DNA of 63,011 bases, the filler included. It is 6 parts of 6 records of this genome, joined end to end, with 100 filler letters (N's around TTAATTAATTAA, not from the genome) between each part and the next. Parts side by side here need not be neighbours in the genome. Positions count along the whole stretch, not along the records: positions 1 to 7,935 come from SRR20825006_633; positions 8,036 to 14,777 come from SRR20825006_634; 4 more parts are not named here. One strand, given 5' to 3'. Every line of letters begins with the position of its first letter. Positions within the stretch are counted from its first letter, which is position 1. Below, one piece after another: positions 1-8,435 of the stretch. The notes beneath the pieces were generated by a model, which had not been told where the DNA came from, searched no databases, and saw only the letters and a program-made list of their open reading frames with translations. The translations under genes and the position numbers were made by a program.

Positions 1-1521
1 ATAGCCGGTGCCGAAGTCATCCAGCGCCACGAGGAGCCCGAGATCGCGCAGGGCTTCGACGGCCCGGGGCACCGTCTGATCACTGTCGCCCATGAAGACC
101 GATTCATTGACCTCGAGCACGACATGGCTGAGCGACACGTTCTTTCGGGCAAAGATGTCCTGGACCCGGTCGGCCAGGTCGCCGCGCTGGAAGTCGCCCG
201 TGGTGACGTTGACCCCCACATGTTGAAACGGAATGCCTGCGTCGAGCCAGGTACGGATGTCGCGCGCGACGTGTTCGAGCATCGTGCCGGTTAGTTCATA
301 TGCGATGCGCGGATCCTCGAGCCCGCTCTGGAACGCCCCGGCGGAGATGACGGTGCCATCCGGCATGACGAGGCGAGCGAGCGCTTCCAGACCAACGATT
401 TCAGCGGTTTCGAGCCGCACAATGGGCTGGTAGTGGGCGATCAGCCGGCCTTCGTTCAGGGCAGAGCCAAGCTGGCGCACCGTGGCGATCCGTTCGACCA
501 TGTCGGTGCGCAGATCCGGGCGGAAGCCGACATAGCCGCCGCGATGGGTCTGCTTGGCCTGATACAGGGCGAAATCCGCGTTCTGGCACAGGGTATCGGA
601 ATCGGCGCCATCGACGCCGAACAGGGCGCCGCCCAGCGTCACATGGGCATCAATGGTCTGATCACCCACCTCGACCATGCCGGACGCGGCGGAAAGCACG
701 CGGACGGCGGCGGCCTCGAGGCTGGCATGGTCGGCGCAATCGGAGACGAGCATGGCGATCTCGTCGCCACCCTGGCGACAGGGCAGAATGTCTGGACCAC
801 ATTGGCGCAGGCGGCCGGCAATGGCGCGGATGAGCGCATCACCAGCGGCATGGCCGATACTGTCATTGACCAGCTTGAGATGATCGATATCGAGCAGGAT
901 CAGCCCGAATGGCCGGCCCATGACAATGCGCTCGGCCAGCGCAGCGTTGAAATGCCCCCGATTGGGCAGGCCGGTCAGCACGTCGAAATAGGCCAGGCGA
1001 TGATTATTGGCGCGAACACGTTCATGTTCGATTGCCAGTGCGCAAAGATGCAGGCAGGTGGCAACCACATCGCGCTCGAAATCGGACGGGCCGCGCTTGG
1101 TATCGTAGTAAAAGGCGAAGGTGGCCACCACCTGGCCGTCGCTGTTGTGAATGGGGCTAGACCAGCACGCCTGCAGGCCCAAGGGCAGGGCCAGCGCCTT
1201 GAAATCGGCCCAGAGCGGATCGGTCTCGATGTCAGTGACCAGCACAGGTTCTCCGCGCCAGGCGGCCGTGCCGCAGGAGCCGGCGCAAGGGCCGACCGGA
1301 ACGCCATCAATGGCAGCCGAATAGGTGAGCGGCAGGCTAGGGCCGGCCAGCGGATGCACCTTGCCCTCGTCGATCAGCAGGATGGAACAGGAAACGCCAG
1401 GCACACAGCTCTCGACGCGGCGGCACAAAATGGCGCCGACTTCGGCCAGTTCTTCGCCACGTGCGACGGCTTCGAGGACTTCCGTCTGTACGCGGAGCAG
1501 GAGTTCGGTATCGCCCGCCAC
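1..1521 (-). CDS. GAF-GGDEF-EAL diguanylate cyclase/phosphodiesterase, 3'-truncated at window edge
   Basis: Not in the ORF track because it runs off the edge. The minus frame from GTG 1521 reads VAGDTELLLRVQTEVLEAVARGEELAEV (GAF-type start), includes GGDEIAML and IVGLEALAR, and ends VALDDFGTGY at base 1. Confidence 0.9.
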   Translation of the reverse strand, partial: MAGDTELLLRVQTEVLEAVARGEELAEVGAILCRRVESCVPGVSCSILLIDEGKVHPLAGPSLPLTYSAAIDGVPVGPCAGSCGTAAWRGEPVLVTDIETDPLWADFKALALPLGLQACWSSPIHNSDGQVVATFAFYYDTKRGPSDFERDVVATCLHLCALAIEHERVRANNHRLAYFDVLTGLPNRGHFNAALAERIVMGRPFGLILLDIDHLKLVNDSIGHAAGDALIRAIAGRLRQCGPDILPCRQGGDEIAMLVSDCADHASLEAAAVRVLSAASGMVEVGDQTIDAHVTLGGALFGVDGADSDTLCQNADFALYQAKQTHRGGYVGFRPDLRTDMVERIATVRQLGSALNEGRLIAHYQPIVRLETAEIVGLEALARLVMPDGTVISAGAFQSGLEDPRIAYELTGTMLEHVARDIRTWLDAGIPFQHVGVNVTTGDFQRGDLADRVQDIFARKNVSLSHVVLEVNESVFMGDSDQTVPRAVEALRDLGLLVALDDFGTGY

Positions 1522-1640
1522 CTTGTTGGCCCCCAGATTGCTGAGTGGCCAGCCTAGCAGTACGCCCGTAAAGGGAGTGTTTGCGGACGTATGCAGATTG
1601 AATCAATTACATTGGAACATCTGAAACTGGCCGGGCAGTG

Positions 1641-2771
1641 TCAGCCCGTCTCGTTGCGCAGAAGTTTTGCAACAAGTTCGGACTGCCGCTTGACGCCCAT
1701 TTTGTCGAAGAGCGTGCGGGTCTGGTTGCGCACGGTGTGAATACTGGTGCCTCGCCCGGTTGCGATCTGGCGCAATGTTCTGCCCTCGGACAGGGCCTGG
1801 GCAATTTCGGTTTCCGCCGCAGTCAGCTGGTATTGCAACGAGAGCTCGAGCAGATTTTGCCGCGCGCTGTAGCGCAGGACCAGCAAGGCGGCGGGACTGT
1901 CGTCGCTGAATTGCGCTAGCGGTTCGGGCATGCGTGGGCGGCCCTGGGTCAGCGGCCAGAGCGCGCATTCGCCGACGGTACCGGCGGTCGAACGGAGCGG
2001 ATAGGTGTTGCTGGCCTGCTGCGCCAGGCCGGACCGAAAATCGGTCAGTCCGGCGGCCAGCCAGGTTTGCGCCAAAACGTCGTTGAAGTGCAGCGCGCCT
2101 GTCGCCGGAGCAAACAGTCCGCTGGTCCTGAGCGCCCGCCGCGCGGCCTGGTTGGCGCAGCAGATGCCACCACCAGCATCCAGCACGAAGGCCGCTTCAC
2201 TGATCTGGTCCACCATGACCTGAAGCGAGCCCTTGGCGCTGCCTCCTGCAAGAATGCGCGAAACCTGCACGGCACGGTCGACATGCGGCGCGATGCCGCC
2301 AATCAGCCGTTTCAGCTTGTCGCCGGTTCTATCCTCGTCGCGCGCGGGCATTGTAGAGGACAATGCCAGGAACCGCTCGCCATCATTGCGCAACAGGCTG
2401 CCCCAGCCGCTGACGAGGTTGTCCTGGGGGACCAGCCAATCGTTGTAGAATTCGGTCTTGACCAGATCTTCGCGAGCACACAGTTCCTCGGAGCTAAGGA
2501 GCGTGCCCAGGGGTGATCGCGCGAAGCCCTCGGCCCAGACATTCACGGTGGAATAATAGGCGTCAAATTCTTCAAGGGCCCGTGGATCAAAACCTGCATT
2601 GAGCGCGCCAAGACTACCGCCGGTCTTGATATCCTGACTGTAAATAGCAAAGGCAACTGATGGCTGTAGTTCGCCGAGATAGCCGACTGCATCCTCCCAC
2701 GTACCCAGGCCCAGGCCAGCGTCGTAGAATTTTTCAATTGCCTGAAGGATGTCGTCTTCTTCGGTCCTCAT
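1641..2771 (-). CDS. LuxR-family helix-turn-helix regulator with N-terminal sensory (GAF/PAS-like) region
   Basis: C-terminal LTAAETEIAQALSEGRTLRQIATGRGTSIHTVRNQTRTLFDKMGVKRQSELV is a LuxR HTH. ATG 2771 (MRTEEDD) chosen as the likely start. Confidence 0.88.
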   Translation of the reverse strand: MRTEEDDILQAIEKFYDAGLGLGTWEDAVGYLGELQPSVAFAIYSQDIKTGGSLGALNAGFDPRALEEFDAYYSTVNVWAEGFARSPLGTLLSSEELCAREDLVKTEFYNDWLVPQDNLVSGWGSLLRNDGERFLALSSTMPARDEDRTGDKLKRLIGGIAPHVDRAVQVSRILAGGSAKGSLQVMVDQISEAAFVLDAGGGICCANQAARRALRTSGLFAPATGALHFNDVLAQTWLAAGLTDFRSGLAQQASNTYPLRSTAGTVGECALWPLTQGRPRMPEPLAQFSDDSPAALLVLRYSARQNLLELSLQYQLTAAETEIAQALSEGRTLRQIATGRGTSIHTVRNQTRTLFDKMGVKRQSELVAKLLRNETG

Positions 2772-2936
2772 ATGCTTGCGCACCCCACCCCAGAAGGACA
2801 TTGTGAGGATACTTGCCCAGAAACAAATCCCTTGCAAGACAAGCGCGAGAATTACTTACTCGAGAGCTACAAACCGACCTTTTGAATTGAAGGCGAGAAG
2901 TGGCCATGAACGCTGTCCACGGCCACTTCTGTTATT

Positions 2937-5342
2937 TTAGTTCGGCAACTTGAAGGCCACCACCTTGGTGGAATAGCGCGACTGGATGGCGCCCTGCCCG
3001 CCGGCGATGACGGCAATATATTGCTCGCCATCGAGGGTATAGCTGATCGGCGCGCCACCGGCGGCGGGCAGTTCGTATTGCCAGACCACATCACCGGTTT
3101 CCAGATTGAAGGCGCGCAGGATGTTGTCCTTGGCGCCGGCATTAAAGCCGATACCGCCGGCCACGATCAGCGATCCACCATGGGTCGGGGTGCCCATGGG
3201 GATTTCCCAGGGAACCGAGATGCCCAGGGTGCCGCTGCCCTTGGCACTACCATAGGGATTGGACCAGAGCAGCTTGCCGGTGTTGAGATCCACCGCGCTG
3301 ATATGGCCATAGGGCGGATCGATGCAGGGGGTGTTGAGCGCGGTCAGCCAGAATTGTGGGAAGGCGGCATAGGGCACATTTTGCTGTGCCACGACACCAC
3401 CGATTTCGCGCGGATCGCCCCATTCGCCCTGTGGCTCGACGCCCATCGCATCTGCCTCTTCGCGCGTCAAAAGCTCGGTATAGCTGGCGAAGCGGTTGGA
3501 GTTGACGAGCATGACGCCATTGGTCGGGTCAACCGAAACGCCGCCCCAGTTGATGGCGCCAAAGCTGCTCGGCGACTGGACATAGGGATCCAGACCCGGC
3601 GGGGTGTTCGGACCTTCATAGCGCGCCTGCTTGAACTTGACGCGGCAATAGAGCTGGTCGAAGGGCGAGACGCCCCACATATCCGCCTCGGTCAGGTTCG
3701 CACCCCGGAAGGAAGGCAGGCTGTTCGAGAAGGGCTGGGTGGGCGAATTGCGCTCTTCGGGCACGACACCGCCCTGCGGCATTTCCACTTCGGTCACCGG
3801 AAAGATCGGTTCGCCGGTGATGCGGTCGAGTACGAAGACTTCGCCGGCCTTGGTCGGCTGGATCAGTGCCTTGCGCATGGTGCCGGTGGCATCGGGCAGC
3901 TCCAGGAGAGTGGGCGGCGAGGCCACATCATGGTCCCAGATGTCATGATGCTTGGTCTGGAACGACCAGCGGACACGGCCGGTTTCGGCGTCGAGCGCCA
4001 CGACCGAGGAGCTATATTGGTCATCAAACTCACGACGCTGGCCGCCGAAATAGTCGGGGGTGGCATTGCCGGTAGGTAGGTAGACCAGACCCAGCTCTTC
4101 ATCAGCCGAAGCCGGCGCCCAGCTATTGGGCGTGGCCACGGTATAGCTTTCGCCATCGGGTGGCAGGCCGGTTTCGTTCGGACGGCCCATATCCCAGGCC
4201 CAGGAGAGTTCGCCGGTGACCGCGTCGAAGGCGCGGATAACGCCGGAGGTTTCGCCCCAATACTGGCCATCGGTAACCCAGCCGCCCACGACCACCTTGC
4301 CGCGCACATAGGTGGGGGCAGAGGTGATCTTGTAATAGCCGCCGATGAACTTGCCTTCGTGGTCTTCCATGCCCACGGAGAGATCGGCCATGCCGCCCTC
4401 GCCGAAGTCGGCGCAGAGCTGGCCGGTTCCGGCATCGACGGCCACCAGCTTGGCGGTGCCGGTGCCGGCAATGATGCGTTCGGCGCATGCGCCGCTCAGG
4501 CCCGGTTCGGCGTGGAAGGTGACGCCTCGGCATGTGCCGCCATGACCTTCTGACGCGTCGTACATCCAGCGTTCAGCGCCGGTCGCCGCGTCGAGCGCGA
4601 AGAGCTGGCTGAACTGGTTGCACATATGAATCGTGTCATCGATCTTGAGCGGGGTGGAATTATTGGCCGGAATGCGGCCCACATCGACCGACCAGGCCAC
4701 TTCGAGCGTGTCGATATTGTCGAGGGTAATCTGGTCGAGCGGCGAGTATTTCTGGCCACCCTGGTCTCCACCGAAATAGGGCCAGTCCGCACCGGTCTGA
4801 CCGGCGGCGGCAGCACCATTGGCTGCGGGATAGGTACCGATGCCGGTCTGGAAACGCGGGTCCTGCGGCAGGCCGGGTGCGCTGACGCCGTAAAGCGCGG
4901 CCCCGAGGCCGACCGACACGACCGTCCCGGCCAGGATGAGGCCGGCAGCGCCAGCCGGCACCTTGCCCGCGAAATTCAGCCTGCCCGAGAGCGCATGCTG
5001 GCTCCAGGGCAAGAGCAGCCAGATGCCGAAGGCGAGGGGGATCAGAAGGCGGGGCATCAACGCCCAGCCGTCAATGCCGACTTCCCAGATGGCCCAGACA
5101 ATGGTGATGGCCAGGGTCAGCCCGAAAATCCAGGCGCCAAGGCGCTGGCCACGGAACAGCAGCACGGCCGAAGCCAGGAACAGGACGCCCGAAATCACGT
5201 AATAGAGCGAGCCGCCCAGGGTGGCGAGGTATCCACCACCGCCGATGAAAATCAGGGCCATGACGCCCAGCACGATGGCGAAGAGCCACATCAGCCCCCG
5301 CGCCAGAATATGCGGGGGTTTGGCCCCGCCTTGGTTACTCAT
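2937..5342 (-). CDS. Membrane-bound PQQ-dependent dehydrogenase (glucose/quinate/shikimate family)
   Basis: N-terminal TM helices (LGGSLYY, WALMPRL), WPYFGGDQGGQKYSPLDQIT, TCRGV and HHDIWDHD motifs, PQQ beta-propeller repeats. Confidence 0.93.
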   Translation of the reverse strand: MSNQGGAKPPHILARGLMWLFAIVLGVMALIFIGGGGYLATLGGSLYYVISGVLFLASAVLLFRGQRLGAWIFGLTLAITIVWAIWEVGIDGWALMPRLLIPLAFGIWLLLPWSQHALSGRLNFAGKVPAGAAGLILAGTVVSVGLGAALYGVSAPGLPQDPRFQTGIGTYPAANGAAAAGQTGADWPYFGGDQGGQKYSPLDQITLDNIDTLEVAWSVDVGRIPANNSTPLKIDDTIHMCNQFSQLFALDAATGAERWMYDASEGHGGTCRGVTFHAEPGLSGACAERIIAGTGTAKLVAVDAGTGQLCADFGEGGMADLSVGMEDHEGKFIGGYYKITSAPTYVRGKVVVGGWVTDGQYWGETSGVIRAFDAVTGELSWAWDMGRPNETGLPPDGESYTVATPNSWAPASADEELGLVYLPTGNATPDYFGGQRREFDDQYSSSVVALDAETGRVRWSFQTKHHDIWDHDVASPPTLLELPDATGTMRKALIQPTKAGEVFVLDRITGEPIFPVTEVEMPQGGVVPEERNSPTQPFSNSLPSFRGANLTEADMWGVSPFDQLYCRVKFKQARYEGPNTPPGLDPYVQSPSSFGAINWGGVSVDPTNGVMLVNSNRFASYTELLTREEADAMGVEPQGEWGDPREIGGVVAQQNVPYAAFPQFWLTALNTPCIDPPYGHISAVDLNTGKLLWSNPYGSAKGSGTLGISVPWEIPMGTPTHGGSLIVAGGIGFNAGAKDNILRAFNLETGDVVWQYELPAAGGAPISYTLDGEQYIAVIAGGQGAIQSRYSTKVVAFKLPN

Positions 5343-5371
5343 TGAAATGCCTCCTAGAGTATACTTGTGTT

Positions 5372-5857
5372 TCAGGGGTCGGGTGTGTCCGCCCCTGTTT
5401 GAGGGTAGAGAACCTTGTTCATGGCCTGGGACAGGCGCTGAACGCGCTCGAGGTACAGGGCGATGGCTTGCAGGTTGTCATCCGAGAGATCGGCGAGCGC
5501 CGCCTCATATTCGCGCGAAATGCGCTTGTGCAGCCGAAGCGGCTCGGCGGCGGCCACCTCATCGAGCACGATCAGCACGCTGCGCCGGTCCTTGGGATGG
5601 CGCTCACGCCGCACAAAACCGGCCTTTTCCAGCCGGTCGAGCAGCGCGGTGCCGGCGCCGGAGGTCAGCCCGAGATAGGCGATGATCTCGCGCGGACTGG
5701 CAGGTTCATTGCGCGCCAGCAGGTAACCCATGCAGCGAAAATCGGTGGGGTGGATGCCATGATGGCGAGCCGCCGCCTCCTGGGCCTCTTCGGCTCGCCG
5801 GATCATCCCGACCAGCGCAGCCCCGACCCTGATCTGTAATTCTTGCCGATCCGGCAC
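5372..5857 (-). CDS. MarR-family transcriptional regulator
   Basis: LGLTSGAGTALLDRLEKAGFVRRERHPKDRRSVLI winged-helix signature. Confidence 0.92.
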   Translation of the reverse strand: MPDRQELQIRVGAALVGMIRRAEEAQEAAARHHGIHPTDFRCMGYLLARNEPASPREIIAYLGLTSGAGTALLDRLEKAGFVRRERHPKDRRSVLIVLDEVAAAEPLRLHKRISREYEAALADLSDDNLQAIALYLERVQRLSQAMNKVLYPQTGADTPDP

Positions 5858-5877
5858 GGTATGTCACAATCGATAAG

Positions 5878-5896
5878 TATCTTTATGATGAAGATA
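5878..5896. promoter_or_regulatory. Palindrome TATCTTTAT-G-ATGAAGATA, probable MarR operator
   Basis: 9-bp arms with one mismatch, 21 bp upstream of the marR start, in the divergent promoter region. Confidence 0.55.
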
Positions 5897-6074
5897 TATG
5901 GGTGTGGCGAGTTGGGCAAGCCAGCACCTTACCATTGTGCGCGCCTAAGCTCGGGGCAGCGGCTCGCTGAGAGGCCCCTGTCGGCGAGACAAACTGCACA
6001 GCATTGAGACACAAGGCAAAGCCTCAATCGGCTAGCCTGGGTAAGGATTTGGCGACACTGACCCAGGACTCACA

Positions 6075-6929
6075 ATGGTGAAAGCACGATCATATCTGGC
6101 ATTGCTTGGGGCGCTGTGGTCGGCTGGCACCCTTCAGGCGAACGCGGCAGACGAGGGAACTTCAAATCTCCCACTGGGCATAGTGGGCGTATTTTCGGAA
6201 CTCCGATATGGCGCGACAGATGAAGGCGCCAACATCGCATTTCCCGATTCCTCGCGGTCGCTGACCGTCAAGCTGGGGACGATTTCGAGCTTTCCGGAGG
6301 CGGGCCTTGTGGTGATACCTTCGATTACGCTCAAGGGTCAGAGCGGCACGGGCGCGAACGCCTTTGTTCCCATCGATACCAGCGCGACAATCGTGGGCGC
6401 CGGGATCAACGCCATCTATTCGCCGCTCCGTTTCCTGCATCTGCGGGCCGGTGGCACAATCGATATCGGCTGGCAGGAAGCGGTCTTCAATAGCGCCGAC
6501 ACCAGCGATACCCGGCTTTGGAACGCTTCGGTTTTTGGGGGCGTCTCCGTCGATGTGTGGCGCAATCAGCGGGCCAAGCTGAGCATATCAGATCAACTCG
6601 CCTATTCCAGCAGCCACGCCGATTATGCCCCGACCAATTCGATCGATGCCAGCGACGGACACGTCCTGTCCAACACGCTGTCGGTTGTCGGCACCTATGA
6701 CCTGACGGACGCCACGCGAGCGAGCGTGAGTGCTGGTCTGGTCTCGCTCCTTGATTCCAAGGTGCTGGCCGGCGAGGATCCGCTCGACCCCAATTATGGG
6801 ATCGTGTCGCTGGGGTTGTCGCACGATGTCAGCGAGCATCTGACCATTTACGGCAATGCGAGCGCCACGGTCGGCAATGAGGCGTATCAAGGCTTCTCGG
6901 GCACGCTGGGCGTGCGGAAAATGTTCTGA
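6075..6929 (+). CDS. Stand-alone outer-membrane beta-barrel, autotransporter-beta-like, no passenger domain
   Basis: Sec signal peptide (ANA|A), about 260 aa of alternating amphipathic strands, C-terminus ...YGIVSLGLSHDVSEHLTIYGNASATVGNEAYQGFSGTLGVRKMF with terminal Phe. Confidence 0.75.
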   Translation: MVKARSYLALLGALWSAGTLQANAADEGTSNLPLGIVGVFSELRYGATDEGANIAFPDSSRSLTVKLGTISSFPEAGLVVIPSITLKGQSGTGANAFVPIDTSATIVGAGINAIYSPLRFLHLRAGGTIDIGWQEAVFNSADTSDTRLWNASVFGGVSVDVWRNQRAKLSISDQLAYSSSHADYAPTNSIDASDGHVLSNTLSVVGTYDLTDATRASVSAGLVSLLDSKVLAGEDPLDPNYGIVSLGLSHDVSEHLTIYGNASATVGNEAYQGFSGTLGVRKMF

Positions 6930-7282
6930 TGGCCAGGAGCAGCAAACTCATGAACCGTTTGAAATTGACACTGGCCGCAGGTCTGATGAGCGTGCTGTGT
7001 GGTTCTGCGATGGCGCAGACGACCACGGCAACAGAGACCATGTCCCCAAGCATAGGTTCGGGTGCAGCCTATGACTTGGCGGCCCGTGTACGTACCGTTG
7101 CGGACGCTCTTATCCGCGCCCTGGGGTATGGCCCCAATCAAGCCAACAATGGCGATGCCGCCGACGCCGACACCGCCGAGGGGACCGTTGAAGAGGTGGT
7201 CGAGGATGTCATCAACGACCCGGGCAGCTCGGTCATCGACGGCGCTGCCGATTTTTCATTGCCCTCGGGCACCGGGACCTGA
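6929..7282 (+). CDS. Small secreted acidic protein A with C-terminal PSGTGT motif
   Basis: TGATG overlap with the barrel stop (alternative ATG 6950 after AGGAG). Signal peptide AMA|Q. The C-terminal 32 aa are collinear with the next ORF. Confidence 0.8.
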   Translation: MARSSKLMNRLKLTLAAGLMSVLCGSAMAQTTTATETMSPSIGSGAAYDLAARVRTVADALIRALGYGPNQANNGDAADADTAEGTVEEVVEDVINDPGSSVIDGAADFSLPSGTGT

Positions 7283-7321
7283 ACCGGTGACAAGCCAAAT
7301 CGAGCTATGGGAGACCGGTCC

Positions 7322-7600
7322 ATGACACTGAAAACGATGGTCGCCGCGGCCGCGTCAATATTGATGGTGGTACCAGGCCTTGTGAATGCACAGGAGTCTC
7401 ACGCTTCGCAGAGCCCGGCTGCAACCGAGGAGCACTTCAAAAACTTCAACGGATTTATAGGCGGTTTTCAGGATGTCCCCATCATCACCCTCGACCCGGA
7501 CACCGTGAAGGAACAACTGGACAGGTTCTTCAACGATCCGAGCATGGCCGCGTACGATCTTAATAGCGACATGTTCACGCCGAGCGGCACAGGAACATAA
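7322..7600 (+). CDS. Small secreted protein B with C-terminal PSGTGT motif
   Basis: GGGAGA RBS before ATG 7322, signal peptide VNA|Q, C-terminal motif shared with protein A. Confidence 0.8.
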   Translation: MTLKTMVAAAASILMVVPGLVNAQESHASQSPAATEEHFKNFNGFIGGFQDVPIITLDPDTVKEQLDRFFNDPSMAAYDLNSDMFTPSGTGT

Positions 7601-7710
7601 AAACGACCAACCAGTGATCCGGGCGGGTGCGGTCAATTCTGCGGCGCGCGGGTTGATCCATGCTGATCTTGCTGCAATCCTGAACGCGGACGCAGCGGGG
7701 AAACGGCATT

Positions 7711-7935
7711 GTGACACTGGCTGGCAAGGGCGGATCGGCTTCACCTGGAGGCGCGCGTGGTGGCAAGCCGGAGAGCGGTTTCACGCGTTTGTCCACCGGC
7801 AGCCGGAGGGCAGGCGACCGCTTCGAGTTCTGGCGCGGCTTGCATCCAAACATTGATGTCGAACCCGCCGAGAATTTTGCGCACAAGAATTTTCGCGGTG
7901 AACTGCTGCAGTACGGCGCGCCGGATGGATCGACC
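7711..7935 (+). CDS. Probable AraC-family regulator, N-terminal part (truncated by contig end)
   Basis: FTRLSTGSRRAGDRFEFWR resembles the N-terminus of FeaR-like AraC ligand-binding domains. The HTH is not visible and the start is uncertain. Confidence 0.55.
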
Positions 7936-8035
7936 NNNNNNNNNNNNNNNNNNNNNNNNNNNNNNNNNNNNNNNNNNNNTTAATTAATTAANNNNNNNNN
8001 NNNNNNNNNNNNNNNNNNNNNNNNNNNNNNNNNNN
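7936..8035. other. Artificial contig linker
   Basis: 100 bp of N flanking TTAATTAATTAA (stops in all six frames). Confidence 0.98.
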
Positions 8036-8343
8036 TCGAAGCGGATGCTGTTATAACCCACCGTGCAAGTGCCAGGCTGAGACAATTCCGCGTGGATGTT
8101 GGCGACAAATTCTGCCTCGCTGAGCCCCTCTTCCAGGGCTTGTTGCGGGGTAATCCCAGTAACCAGGCAGGCCTCGGGATTGGGCAGGTAATCGGGAGTT
8201 GGACGGCAAAACTGCACCAGCGGTTCGCCGATAATGTTCAGCTCAGCATCGGTGCGCACACCAGCAAACTGCGAGGGGCGATCCAGGGCGGGGCGAGTTC
8301 CCCAGGTTTCGTAATCGTGCCAGTAAAAGGTCTCACTCATCAC
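8036..8343 (-). CDS. sbcB: Exodeoxyribonuclease I, 5' part
   Basis: TFYWHDYETWG...DRPSQFAGVRTD...VGYNSIRF DEDDh exonuclease I motifs. Confidence 0.95.
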
Positions 8344-8435
8344 TCAGTTCGCCACCTGTGAAGCAGATACAAAAACGGCAGTGCCAATGCACCGGCCAGG
8401 GCGTCGCCCAAAGCCGGCACGGCGCTGCCGTCAAC

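Noticed and set aside
433-1557. 374-aa plus-strand ORF and the many other long overlapping ORFs in the GC-rich contigs (e.g. 3021-4079, 15636-16907, 25687-26736)
   Set aside because: They are shadow frames opposite genes with clear family motifs and show no recognisable motifs themselves.
5950-6040. Riboswitch-like fragments (GGGG...CTGAGA...CCCC, GCAAAGCC) upstream of the barrel gene
   Set aside because: Lacks the 3' half of a TPP aptamer and the GNRA tetraloop architecture of c-di-GMP-I.
6929-7600. PSGTGT proteins as RiPP precursors or sortase/exosortase substrates
   Set aside because: No modifying enzyme, peptidase-transporter or sortase is on the contig, and there is no TM helix or basic tail after the motif. 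Not excluded if enzymes are encoded elsewhere.
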